Source of the DNA: a virus | Taxonomy: Duplodnaviria > Caudoviricetes | Strand: one strand, 5' to 3' | Virus record (IMG/VR): IMGVR_UViG_3300021256_002823 | Span: 1,646-65,645 of that record | DNA: 64,000 nucleotides | Shown: positions 47,807-58,127 of the stretch, piece by piece | Layout of the letters: the number at the start of each line of letters is the position of its first letter | Numbering within the stretch: the stretch's first letter is position 1 | The notes under the pieces: model-generated | What the model was told of the DNA's origin: nothing | What the model saw: the letters and a program-made list of their open reading frames with translations, nothing else | Databases searched by the model: none | Position numbers and translations under genes: made by a program

Positions 47807-49759
47807 TTACGCTACTTCCTTTCCCCATATAGGATAGCCAAGTTTCTTCAGTTTATCGTTGATCATATCGATCGACTCCGTATAATGGTGCCCCAGCAAA
47901 TATTCAGCCATAGCACCCTCCTCATCATCCGGATATCCACCGTATGCTTTTGTAATAACATCCTCACTGAATATAGGATGCAGGTGCATGGCCAGGCAGA
48001 TCGCGTAAAGCACTTCTATGCTCGGCTTCTTACCACCGTTGATGACATTACTAAGATACTTCTCTGACAGGCCTGTCCGTTCATGCAGGCACTTGAACGT
48101 CATCTTCTTACCATACTCATCTTCCAGACGATCCATATGTGCGGACAGGGTCTCTGCAAAATTCGTAGGCAGCTTTCTCTTTATAGCAGTGACACGCCTA
48201 TTTTCTGCTTTCAGCAGTTTCAACTGGCGCATCTCCTCGATCGGGTCCTGGTTGGAAGAGAGCTCGATTTTCTTCGTCTCCTTGAACTCGGCCGCATTAA
48301 CATCCTTGCTGAGATAGCACTGGTTGTAATACTCGTCAGCCGCATCTACACGGGAATACTCCCTCTTGAATTTGAGGCAGCACAGATCGACGTGCGCTAA
48401 TGCATAATCCGTCAGGTCCAGCCCCTGCGGGCAGGACGGATCGTCTGTCGGCTGAACATAGAGCGGATCGTTGATGCAGACCACACATCCGGTGTAAATA
48501 AAATCACCGCTGTCGATCAGCCTGGCGAATTCTGAGTTTTCTTCATAGATACGTTTGCCGTTCCTGGAGTCGAGCAGGAATGTCTCGTGATCGCCCAGTG
48601 CATTGGGATTGAAAGTGTACGGTTTATGCTGGTGACCGTTCACTCGCAAGAAGGCACCTTCAGCCTGCTTATACCCAAGCTGAAGAGCTCGCAGCTTCGC
48701 TTCGTACTTCGTAACAGGGAAGACCCCAGCGATCTGCTGCAGAGCCCGTTCCATGATTTCTCCTTCGGTCCCACCGTAGAGTTCTCTCTGTTCCTGGATC
48801 ATATCCGCGAAGTACTTGTTGAAGATACGCCTTGGCATCAGATAACGTGGTGCCAGAGCATTAGCCTGCCACTCTGCCCACCACCTGGCCTTCGCCACTC
48901 CCTCCAAGCCATCCGGAGAACTAACCGTCGGATCAGCTTCACAATTAAGGGAGTCCTCGTCTTCATTCAGCAGGGCAAGGATCTCAAAAAATTTTCCGTG
49001 ACGGTCCCAGTGAACGACTTCATGCATGATCGTGTCAGCCCTGCTGCCATAGCCATTGATGAAATAATAATCGTGACTTATCAGCATGGTGCCGGGCTCG
49101 AGTGTTTTATTTACTTCATGACGTTCCGGAGGACGGAAACTTCCATGATCGATAAACTCATCGACGACTTCATCAGCGGCGCGGAAATACATCCGCCCCA
49201 TTTCACCCATAGGTAATGGAGCCTCATAGCATTTGAGGTCCAGTTCTTTCAGGATCTTCTGGACCGGAGAATCCCATCCATTATAAACATCGTCGCCGCA
49301 CCAGAATTCGGAGAAATCGTCCGCAATATCCTCAAGCTGATCTGCGTAGATGTATTTAACCATGAACTCGTCAAAGGAGTTTTCTTTGTCGAATCTGCCT
49401 GGCTGATAGGCACTCGTGTTCAGCACTTCAACATCGCGTAGGCCATTGACAAGATTGCCCTGTAAGTAGACCGTAAACCACTTAGACTGTCTTCCTGCCT
49501 CATAGGTTGATGTGCCCAGGCCACTGGAAACCACGTCGCATTTTACATTTACGTCCATTTGGATTCTGGGACCGATATCGTCATGGCAGGTCATACTGCA
49601 GACTGTTATATTTTCAGAGCTATATCTGAGGAGGGAATAGACATTGTAGCTGCGGAACCCTTGACCGTCGTAGCTCGAATTCAGAAACTTATCGATGGCG
49701 TCCTTCAGGAGCCAGTCATAATTTCGTTGTATGTATTCTTTAAAATCCTTATACGCCAA
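47807..49759 (-). CDS. ImmA/IrrE-like metallopeptidase fused to a C-terminal XRE HTH
   Basis: TIMHEVVHW (HExxH), EWQANALAPRYLMP; MTFKCLHERTGLSEKYLSNVING...PSIEVLYAICLAM; TTG start. Confidence 0.8.
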   Translation of the reverse strand: MAYKDFKEYIQRNYDWLLKDAIDKFLNSSYDGQGFRSYNVYSLLRYSSENITVCSMTCHDDIGPRIQMDVNVKCDVVSSGLGTSTYEAGRQSKWFTVYLQGNLVNGLRDVEVLNTSAYQPGRFDKENSFDEFMVKYIYADQLEDIADDFSEFWCGDDVYNGWDSPVQKILKELDLKCYEAPLPMGEMGRMYFRAADEVVDEFIDHGSFRPPERHEVNKTLEPGTMLISHDYYFINGYGSRADTIMHEVVHWDRHGKFFEILALLNEDEDSLNCEADPTVSSPDGLEGVAKARWWAEWQANALAPRYLMPRRIFNKYFADMIQEQRELYGGTEGEIMERALQQIAGVFPVTKYEAKLRALQLGYKQAEGAFLRVNGHQHKPYTFNPNALGDHETFLLDSRNGKRIYEENSEFARLIDSGDFIYTGCVVCINDPLYVQPTDDPSCPQGLDLTDYALAHVDLCCLKFKREYSRVDAADEYYNQCYLSKDVNAAEFKETKKIELSSNQDPIEEMRQLKLLKAENRRVTAIKRKLPTNFAETLSAHMDRLEDEYGKKMTFKCLHERTGLSEKYLSNVINGGKKPSIEVLYAICLAMHLHPIFSEDVITKAYGGYPDDEEGAMAEYLLGHHYTESIDMINDKLKKLGYPIWGKEVA

Positions 49760-50161
49760 TCAACACCGCCTCCCGCGTTCTACCTTATATGCGTCAACAA
49801 CCTGAATATCTGCTGGCAGCCAATCAACGGAGTCGAGCTCCTCGGCCGTTAACCACTTGGCTGCTTCATGTTCTTTTAGGACGAGATTCCCAGCAGCCAC
49901 CGTGCACAGAAAACATTGCATCGAAAGATGGAAATCCGGATAGTCGTACTCGACCACGGTCAGCAGATCGCCGACCGTGATCTCAGTATCAAGCTCCTCT
50001 TCAATTTCTCGTTTCAATGCCTGCTGCGGCGTCTCACCAGGCTCTATTTTTCCGCCAGGAAACTCCCAGCCGTCTTTGAAATCACCGTAACCGCGTTGAG
50101 TAGCAAATACTCTGTTTCCGTCCTGTATTACCGCGGCAACGACATTCACAACCCGCATCAA
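49760..50161 (-). CDS. NUDIX hydrolase, MutT/NudG-like
   Basis: GGKIEPGETPQQALKREIEEEL NUDIX box. Confidence 0.92.
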   Translation of the reverse strand: MMRVVNVVAAVIQDGNRVFATQRGYGDFKDGWEFPGGKIEPGETPQQALKREIEEELDTEITVGDLLTVVEYDYPDFHLSMQCFLCTVAAGNLVLKEHEAAKWLTAEELDSVDWLPADIQVVDAYKVERGRRC

Positions 50162-53067
50162 TAATATTCCTCGATATAGCTGTAGGCCTTATCAAAGACT
50201 TCCTTATCCTTGATTTTGTATTTGATCCAGACAACACTACGCAGAGCTTTCTTCACTTCCTGCTTGCCTGCCGTTGTATTCTGCCACCCATCAAAGCGGA
50301 CGATCTTAACGATGTCATCAATGTCCGTGACAATCCTTTCCACGATAACCGGCGTCTTCGGATTCTTCATACCGTTGAACAGTTCAGTAAGAGCAGCTTT
50401 GCCCTTATCAATTTCTTCCTCTGGCACTACTTCCTTCTCTGCCTGAGCAGCCTCACGTGCTAATTCAAGCAGGAGCTTCAGGAATTCAACACTGGTGATC
50501 AGTCCCTGCTCATGGCGCTCCCGGAGCTCCTCGACCTTCTGGCCGAGTTTGATAAACTTTGGATCATTGCTATGCTTACGGATTTTTGCTACAAGGTCGA
50601 TCTCCACCTTCATTGTTGTTTTCTTTATGTCCTTCTGCTTTTCAATAAACTGATCAATCAGTTCAGCGTCCATTGTGATGATTTCCTCATCCTCATGAAC
50701 ATCTCCGACGTCCAGGTTTTCATGGACCAGCTCCATAGTCTTCGGCCCAAGGGATGCCCAGATCAAGCCACCGCGACCGTCAGTCGGTTTCACGGATTCA
50801 TAGACGCGGCTGAGCCATTGGTAATCGAACTTATACTGCCCGAGGAACGGGTCTGGTGAAAGCGCGTTCCATGCCCGGTTGAGCACAACATAATCAGCTG
50901 CGAACTCATCCTTTTCTTTATTTGTCGGGATACACTCTTGCGCTGCCATAAGCCCTTCCCAGCCATCGATGTTACGATCAACACCCATGAAATAGCTCAG
51001 GCACTTACGCATCAGCGCCGGCAGCTGCTTCTTAACTTCTTCAATGTTTGTGATAACCTTGCGCATTCCGGCCTCATCGAAGTCGAGCGCCTTAGCTACG
51101 TTATCGAAGATACCAATATAATCAACGATCAGACCAAAAGTCTTACCCTCATCATATGTACGATTTGTACGGCAGATCGCCTGGAGCAAGGTATGATCCT
51201 TCATCGGCTTGTCCAGGTACATGACCTGAAGAATCGGAGCATCAAAACCGGTTAGCAGTTTGGATGTCACTATGACCAGCTTCAGAGGTGAATTCGGATC
51301 TCTGAAGAAGTCCAGGAGCTTGCCTTCCTCATCACGGTTTCTGCGATACTTCTTATAGCGATCCTCTTTGTCGTTGTTCGTATCCATGACAATGTCAGAT
51401 GCTTCCGGAGGCAGGAGCTTATCCAGTTCCTCTTTATACATAAGGCAGCACTCACGGTCATAGACAACGACCTGGCCTTTATAACCGTTTGGCTCGATCT
51501 TCTCTGTATAGTGTTTGACGATATGCTCGCAGACCTTACGAATACGCTTACGGTCATACATGATCGCTTTCATATTGACGCGCTTCGACAACTCTGCCTT
51601 ATCTTCCTCAGAGAGGCCTTCGGTCAGAGCATCAAATTCCTGATCCAGCTTCTCTTTGTCAACGTGCAGGTCCACCGGTACTGGCTCAAAGTTCAGCGGC
51701 AGTGTAGCCTTATCACGGATCGAATCTTGGAAGGAGTACTTACTCATGTACCCGCTCTTATCCTCAATCGCGCCAAAGGTCTTGAATGTGTTCTTGTCCA
51801 GACGATTGATCGGAGTACCGGTCAGGCCGAAGAAGAATGCATTCGGCAGCGCCAGGCGCATCTTTGATCCGAGGTCTCCTTCCTGGGTCCTATGGGCTTC
51901 ATCGACCATGATGATGATGTTGTCGCGGCGATTCAGTTCTTCATCCACATCGCCAAAGCGGAATATGGTCGTAATGGCAATCTTACGGATATCCTGCTTG
52001 AAGAAATTGATCAGTTCTTCCTTTGTAGCGAGACTGGTTAGATTCGGAATGTCTGAGGCATTGAACGTTGCTGTAATCTGCGTTTCCAGATCCAGCCGGT
52101 CATCAACAATAACCACGGTCGGATTCTTCAACTCGGGGATCATGCGGAGCTTCTGCGCAGCAAATACCATAAGCAGTGATTTACCAGATCCCTGGAAGTG
52201 CCAGATAAGGCCCTGCTTCGGGTATCCGGCGCACACTCGCTGCACGATTAGATTAGCTCCTTCGTACTGCTGATAACGGCATATGATCTTATATTTTCTA
52301 TACTTCTTATCGGTCGCAAAGAGCGTGAAGAACTGGAAAATATCCATCACCTTTTCCGGAGTGATCATATCTTCGATACTAACCTTCACGTCTGCAAGGC
52401 TTCCCTCCGCCTTATGAGTTGCCGTATGCCACGGGCCCCACATGTTAATCGGCATGCCAACGGAACCGTACCTGTAGCATTTACCCTCTGTGCCAAAGTT
52501 AAATACGTTCGGAACGAACATCGCCGGAATGCTTTTTTCATACGCAGCTATATCCCCGGCTGCATCAAGCCAGCTTATTGCATTACGGACAGGCGTCTTA
52601 AGCTCGCCAATGCCAATAGGAAAACCATTGATGAGAAGAACGATATCAAGTCTCTTACCATCTTCCTTCTGTGGATAGACCCACTGATTAGTAACAACAT
52701 ATTCGTTTAATGCAAGATTTTCTTTGGTCATCGTCCCAAAGAACCTGATTGGAATCATCCGGCCATCTTTTCCAAATGGATAAGAATTCTCCTCAAAAAT
52801 CATCTTCTTAAACTGTTCATTCTGTTCGATAATGCTATGCGCTTGTACAGATAGCATAAGTGTACGTATTTTGTAAATAACTTCATCTGCTCGATCGGGC
52901 TCAGCAGCAATTTCCGGGTTGAGTCTAATAAGAGCGTCCTTTACCATCTGTTCAACCATGACATCAGAGTATTCTCTATTCAGCTGCTCAGCAGGAATAT
53001 ACTTCCATCCATTGTTTTGCAGTGTGTTTATTACCATCTGCTCAATTGTATTATCTTCATTAAACAT
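50158..53067 (-). CDS. hsdR: Type I restriction subunit R
   Basis: RLDIVLLINGFPIGIGELK nuclease motif; QGSGKS, VDEAHR, LTGTP, LLTGFDAP. Confidence 0.95.
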   Translation of the reverse strand: MFNEDNTIEQMVINTLQNNGWKYIPAEQLNREYSDVMVEQMVKDALIRLNPEIAAEPDRADEVIYKIRTLMLSVQAHSIIEQNEQFKKMIFEENSYPFGKDGRMIPIRFFGTMTKENLALNEYVVTNQWVYPQKEDGKRLDIVLLINGFPIGIGELKTPVRNAISWLDAAGDIAAYEKSIPAMFVPNVFNFGTEGKCYRYGSVGMPINMWGPWHTATHKAEGSLADVKVSIEDMITPEKVMDIFQFFTLFATDKKYRKYKIICRYQQYEGANLIVQRVCAGYPKQGLIWHFQGSGKSLLMVFAAQKLRMIPELKNPTVVIVDDRLDLETQITATFNASDIPNLTSLATKEELINFFKQDIRKIAITTIFRFGDVDEELNRRDNIIIMVDEAHRTQEGDLGSKMRLALPNAFFFGLTGTPINRLDKNTFKTFGAIEDKSGYMSKYSFQDSIRDKATLPLNFEPVPVDLHVDKEKLDQEFDALTEGLSEEDKAELSKRVNMKAIMYDRKRIRKVCEHIVKHYTEKIEPNGYKGQVVVYDRECCLMYKEELDKLLPPEASDIVMDTNNDKEDRYKKYRRNRDEEGKLLDFFRDPNSPLKLVIVTSKLLTGFDAPILQVMYLDKPMKDHTLLQAICRTNRTYDEGKTFGLIVDYIGIFDNVAKALDFDEAGMRKVITNIEEVKKQLPALMRKCLSYFMGVDRNIDGWEGLMAAQECIPTNKEKDEFAADYVVLNRAWNALSPDPFLGQYKFDYQWLSRVYESVKPTDGRGGLIWASLGPKTMELVHENLDVGDVHEDEEIITMDAELIDQFIEKQKDIKKTTMKVEIDLVAKIRKHSNDPKFIKLGQKVEELRERHEQGLITSVEFLKLLLELAREAAQAEKEVVPEEEIDKGKAALTELFNGMKNPKTPVIVERIVTDIDDIVKIVRFDGWQNTTAGKQEVKKALRSVVWIKYKIKDKEVFDKAYSYIEEYY

Positions 53068-53085
53068 GCTCTCTCCTCCTAACCC

Positions 53086-54222
53086 TTAAGAGCGCTTCAT
53101 AAGCGAATTAATTACGCTATCAACGTCAGATAAAGCCTGTCGCAACTCGTTCTTTGCGGTGTCGCTTTGCCGATAGAACAACTCAAACTCATCCTGAAGT
53201 TCAATTGGCGGCAATGAAATCGTATAGTCTTTCAAATATGCAATAGGGACCCTTAGTTGCCCTCCTGTACCGGTCATTACTTTCCTTGCATTTATTCTGA
53301 ATGCCTTAAACATCGTAATTGTATAAAGCCAATACGGGTTCGATTTTCCTTCTATAGGTCTAAGCACATGAAACTCTGTAGATCCTGCGCCTATTTTATT
53401 CTCAAGGTTTTCTGCTACCGCACCTTTTCCATTTTCCATACAAGGTGTGATTTTCGCAAATAGCACATCCTTCTCCCCAAAATATGTAAACCCTGTTTTC
53501 ACCTCTTTGTAAGATCTCTTTTCTGAAAGATCAATATGTCCATCTTCACTTACAGCAGGCATTGGGACAAACGAAACATTTATATCTTCCGGGATATCCT
53601 TAGGTCTTCGTGGATTAAGAATACAGCATTCATCGAGTTTAGTAAGGCCCCAGCCCTTATCATCAAATCCTGGTCTTCCGAACATCTCAATAAAATGAGA
53701 TTTAACGAGCATATCGGTTTTATTGATCAGATCTCTGTACGCTTCTTTGGCCTCATTCGCAGCGCTGAGAATTTCTGCCAACTTTTTTTGTTCCTCCATA
53801 TCGGGCAAACCGAACTCAAGATCTTTAAGCGTTTTCCAATTAACGGTCGGTGACAATGAGCCAACGGAAATACGAATAGCCTCATCCATAAAATATGCGG
53901 ATGAAATAAAGAACGGAAAATATTCAGGATCAATGACCTTCGTTTTGGGTCTGAAAATCATGCCATGTGCTGAAAAAAAACCATCGTGTGGTGCTACAGC
54001 CGCCCTTCTCAAATATGTATTCCGCCTGCCGAAGAGAATGTCTCCTTTATGCATAATTAGTTTCTGACCCTTAATAGGGACATCACTACCCCAGCGGGTC
54101 ACCTTTAGGCTTCCACTATCAAGGTGCTCTAAGCCTATATACATTTTCTCATCGCCTGGAGCCGGCACTCCTTTTTCGGTAATATTCTCAGCAATGTCAG
54201 AAAACTTATATTTTGCCATCAC
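53086..54222 (-). CDS. hsdS: Type I specificity subunit S
   Basis: Two TRDs, each closed by a PxxxxQ conserved helix (LPDMEEQ, LPPIELQ). Confidence 0.9.
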   Translation of the reverse strand: MMAKYKFSDIAENITEKGVPAPGDEKMYIGLEHLDSGSLKVTRWGSDVPIKGQKLIMHKGDILFGRRNTYLRRAAVAPHDGFFSAHGMIFRPKTKVIDPEYFPFFISSAYFMDEAIRISVGSLSPTVNWKTLKDLEFGLPDMEEQKKLAEILSAANEAKEAYRDLINKTDMLVKSHFIEMFGRPGFDDKGWGLTKLDECCILNPRRPKDIPEDINVSFVPMPAVSEDGHIDLSEKRSYKEVKTGFTYFGEKDVLFAKITPCMENGKGAVAENLENKIGAGSTEFHVLRPIEGKSNPYWLYTITMFKAFRINARKVMTGTGGQLRVPIAYLKDYTISLPPIELQDEFELFYRQSDTAKNELRQALSDVDSVINSLMKRS

Positions 54223-55709
54223 TGTTCACCTCCTAATAAGTCGAGTAGCTTGCCGTATTCGTCTTGTACTCTTGAACTTGAAACCATCCAATCTGAAAGG
54301 GCATCTTCAAAGTTTGCAACCTCGCCAAGGACTTTTTCTGCAGTATCTGTAAATACATACAATGGAATACTTAATTTACATCCATTATCAATAATCTCCC
54401 TCATGCTTACTTTGCGTGCAAAGCCATCGATATCCTTAAAATCACGGTAAGCCCCAGCGATTTTATCGATATGCTTTTGCTCCAAATAGCTCTCTGCATT
54501 TTTTCGAGTAACTTCATTCTTTGCATTTATAAACAAAATATGTCCCACATGATCTTTAGGCTTTTTTGTTCTGCAAATTACGATACAAGCCTCCATTGGA
54601 GAATTAAAAAACAGGTTTCTACCAATTCCTATTACACATTCCACCAAGTCACTTCGAACGAGCTTCTCACGCATTGAATCTTCTTCATCTCTAAACAACA
54701 CACCATGTGGAAACAATATCGCGCATCGTCCGGTTTCGGGGTCCATGCTTTTCAAAATATGCTGAAGAAAAGCATAATCCGCCCGTCCCTGTGGTGGTGT
54801 CCCTAAAAAATTCCTGCCATACTTGTCTGACTCAAAAGCTGATCTATCCCACTGCTTTATTGAATATGGGGGATTTGCAAGTACGAGATCAAACGTCTGA
54901 AGTTTACCGTTTTTCACAAAACCTGGTGACTTCAAGGTATCGTCATTAACAATCCTGAAATCCTGTACACCGTGAAGAAATAAGTTCATTCTTCCAATAG
55001 CAGATGTAAGCTGATTGATCTCTTGACCATACACCTTAACATTGCGCCATTCCTCTCCCTTATCCTTCAGGTATGCTATACACGAAATAAGCATGCCAGC
55101 ACTCCCAGCTGTAGGATCATAGACAGATTCACCTGACTTAGGGTCAAGCATTTCTGTCATTAGATGGACCACAGTTCTGTTTGTATAGAATTCCTGCGCA
55201 GTATGTCCGCTATCATCTGCGAACTTCTTTATTAGGTATTCATAGCCTTGCCCAAGTTCATCTTCCGGGCAGTTAGCGATAGATAGGGTTTTGCTCGAAA
55301 AATGCTCTATCAGATCTTTTAACAACTCATCTGACAAACGATTTTTATTGGTCCAGGAAGCGTCGCCGAACACTCCATGTAATAATTCCTTGTTTGCTTT
55401 TTCAATGGAGCGAAACGCATTTACGATTGCAACTCCGACATTTTCTGATACTTTGCGTACATCACTCCAATGACTACCTTTTGGAACAATAAACGTATGA
55501 TTTTCTTCCCACTCAAGAGCCTCAACATCACCGTTGTTTTCTTTTAGAACTTTCTCGCACTCTTCATCGTACACATCACAAATTCTCTTAAAAAACAGAA
55601 GTGGAAAAATGTACTGCTTATAAGCTCCCGCATCAATATTTGTTCGAAGCAATACTGCGGAATTCCAAAGGTAAGATTCGAGCTCCTCTAAAGATATTCT
55701 TTTACTCAT
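54219..55709 (-). CDS. hsdM: Type I methyltransferase subunit with NPPY motif
   Basis: LWNSAVLLR, EFYT, YDPTAGSAG, ANPPYS. Confidence 0.93.
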   Translation of the reverse strand: MSKRISLEELESYLWNSAVLLRTNIDAGAYKQYIFPLLFFKRICDVYDEECEKVLKENNGDVEALEWEENHTFIVPKGSHWSDVRKVSENVGVAIVNAFRSIEKANKELLHGVFGDASWTNKNRLSDELLKDLIEHFSSKTLSIANCPEDELGQGYEYLIKKFADDSGHTAQEFYTNRTVVHLMTEMLDPKSGESVYDPTAGSAGMLISCIAYLKDKGEEWRNVKVYGQEINQLTSAIGRMNLFLHGVQDFRIVNDDTLKSPGFVKNGKLQTFDLVLANPPYSIKQWDRSAFESDKYGRNFLGTPPQGRADYAFLQHILKSMDPETGRCAILFPHGVLFRDEEDSMREKLVRSDLVECVIGIGRNLFFNSPMEACIVICRTKKPKDHVGHILFINAKNEVTRKNAESYLEQKHIDKIAGAYRDFKDIDGFARKVSMREIIDNGCKLSIPLYVFTDTAEKVLGEVANFEDALSDWMVSSSRVQDEYGKLLDLLGGEQ

Positions 55710-58113
55710 CGATGTAACCGCCTTCCTTTAACAGACTTGTCAGCCGGGATTCTGCAACTCTCACTGCAGCAAGTGCATCCTCAAACTCCTGTCTAACTTC
55801 TCTTGGATCTCTTATTTCCTCCTGCTTATGTTCAATGTAGGTATTAACTGAAAGCAGGTAATCGTGCTCACGTATATCAGCGATCGAGACTATTTTGGCT
55901 TTTTCAATAACGTCCAGATAATCTTTATAAAGGGAATAAACGTCATTGATATTCTTCTCCGTCATCTTGTTCTGAGCACGTTCAGCAGTATAAATCTGAG
56001 AAGCATCTATCATACAGACTTTGCCTTTATGAGCAAACTCCTTATTATTATTCAGAATCAATGCACATGCAGAAGTGTTTGTGCTGTAAAACAAGCCTCC
56101 AACAAAAGCTACTATTGCTTCCAGTTTTCCAGTCTCTACGAGTGCTTTTCTCATCTCGGCCTCTTTTCCTCCATGGAAAAGAACACCCTGTGGAAGAATA
56201 ACGGCACATTTACCGGACTTTGGTTTCATTGACTTTACCATATGTTGTAGCCAAGCAAAGTCTGCACTTGAATCAGATGGGCACCCCCACATGTTACGTC
56301 CATACTTATCACTCTCAAACTGTGATGCTCCCCACTTGTCCAGCGAGAACGGAGGATTCGCCAAAACACAATCAAAAGTTTTAAGTTTTCCAGCTTCAAT
56401 AAATGCAGGTTGTCTTAATGTATCTCCTTGGACAACTTTAAAATCGTGGGCCCCGTGAAGAAATAGATTCATTCTTGCAATAGCGGATGTTGACAGATTC
56501 TTCTCTTGGCCATACATGTTTCCATATGTAAGCTGCATATTACCAATATGGCGTATAGCTTCGATCAACATTCCTCCAGTTCCACATGCCGGGTCGTAAA
56601 CACTATCACCAGGTTTAGGATCAAGAAATTTTACCAGGAGCTTTACTATTGATCTCGGTGTATAGAACTCTCCAGCATTCTTCTTCGAGAGATCTGCAAA
56701 CTTTTTAATCAAGAACTCATAAGCGTCTCCCATCACATCAGCCGAATAATTGTTATTACCCACCTTAAGTTTTGAGAAATGTTCGATCAAATCTTTCAGA
56801 CGCTCATCTGTCAACTTTGTCTTATCCGTCCAGTTTGCATCATCAAAGCTCGAGAAAACACCGCTTAGAGTCTCCGGATTAGCCCGCTCGATCCCCGTCA
56901 TTGCAGAGACAATTGCCTTTCCAACATTTTCGCTTGCGTTCCTTACGTCATTCCAATGACACCCTTCCGGAATCACAAAGCTATGCTGCTCCGGGAAGGA
57001 TGCAAAATCCTCATCCCCGCCAGATTCCTCCAAAGCCGCCTGCGTCTCTTCATCATAAACATCCGAGATTCTCTTAAAGAAGAGAATCGGAGTAACATAG
57101 CTCTTAAACTCGTCCTGATTAATCGGGCCACGTAGAATATTACAGGCTTCATATAAATGTGAAAAAAGCTGCTGGCTGGTCGTTTCTTCGCTCTCAACCA
57201 TACTATCTGCCAGGTCTTTATCAACTGATTCCACAGCAGACTGAATCATAGCCTCGCGGTTTCCAACTTCAACCTTTGTCGGTGACTTCACGCTGACACT
57301 GATATCGTCATCGACTTTCTCAATACGTGAAGGATACTTGTTCTCGAACTCCACCAGAATCTCCATTTGCCGCTCATCCAAGAAGGTAAGTGCGTGCTTC
57401 CTGATCTCGACAGGAATGCCATAGTAGGCTTCCGCCACACCACCAGTAATAGCTGCAAGCGTATCACTGTCTCCGCCGATGGAAATTGCATTCCTGATCG
57501 CATCCTCAAAGCTGGTAGACTCGAAAAAGGCCATCAATGCCTGCGGTACGGTTTCCTGGCAGGTCTCATTGAACTTATAGCTGTCACGGATACCATCAAG
57601 CGTGAAGTTCATCGGATAGTACTCCTTATCGATCACGTCGCGGATCTCAAGCATATTTTTTCCTGACCGGGCCAGAAAGATTGCAACAGCAGTAGCCTCC
57701 GCACCTTTGATTCCTTCCGGATGGTTATGTGTAACACCTGTCACCATCTTTGAGAGGATCTTCGCATCGATCAGATCCTTTGCAGCAAAACCAGCCGCGC
57801 TGACTCTCATCGCGGCTCCGTTGCCATAACTCTTATACGGTTGTGGGTTTCTATCCTTCAGCCACTTGCGGAACATTCCGCCGTAGCCGGCATCCGGATA
57901 AAGGTTTCCAAGCTGCTGCATATAGCGGACCGTCATAGCAGGCAGGTCACTGTGATCCGGCTTGCTCTTAAGGATCGCCTTGGCCACTGCCAGTGACATG
58001 ATGCTGTCGTCGGTCGGGAAACACTTGTATGTAAGGAAATCAAAGTCCTTCGCCTTATAGTTATTCCATTCAAATCGAGACCCAACAATGTCTCCGATGA
58101 TTGCTCCAAGCAT
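55702..58113 (-). CDS. hsdM: ADP-ribosylglycohydrolase fused to a type I methyltransferase subunit with NPPF motif
   Basis: N-terminal GAIIGDIVG, TDDS, GNGAAMR, GGDSDT; C-terminal EFYTPR, YDPACGTGG, ANPPFS. Confidence 0.9.
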   Translation of the reverse strand: MLGAIIGDIVGSRFEWNNYKAKDFDFLTYKCFPTDDSIMSLAVAKAILKSKPDHSDLPAMTVRYMQQLGNLYPDAGYGGMFRKWLKDRNPQPYKSYGNGAAMRVSAAGFAAKDLIDAKILSKMVTGVTHNHPEGIKGAEATAVAIFLARSGKNMLEIRDVIDKEYYPMNFTLDGIRDSYKFNETCQETVPQALMAFFESTSFEDAIRNAISIGGDSDTLAAITGGVAEAYYGIPVEIRKHALTFLDERQMEILVEFENKYPSRIEKVDDDISVSVKSPTKVEVGNREAMIQSAVESVDKDLADSMVESEETTSQQLFSHLYEACNILRGPINQDEFKSYVTPILFFKRISDVYDEETQAALEESGGDEDFASFPEQHSFVIPEGCHWNDVRNASENVGKAIVSAMTGIERANPETLSGVFSSFDDANWTDKTKLTDERLKDLIEHFSKLKVGNNNYSADVMGDAYEFLIKKFADLSKKNAGEFYTPRSIVKLLVKFLDPKPGDSVYDPACGTGGMLIEAIRHIGNMQLTYGNMYGQEKNLSTSAIARMNLFLHGAHDFKVVQGDTLRQPAFIEAGKLKTFDCVLANPPFSLDKWGASQFESDKYGRNMWGCPSDSSADFAWLQHMVKSMKPKSGKCAVILPQGVLFHGGKEAEMRKALVETGKLEAIVAFVGGLFYSTNTSACALILNNNKEFAHKGKVCMIDASQIYTAERAQNKMTEKNINDVYSLYKDYLDVIEKAKIVSIADIREHDYLLSVNTYIEHKQEEIRDPREVRQEFEDALAAVRVAESRLTSLLKEGGYIDE

Positions 58114-58127
58114 GTGTCATGCCCTCC

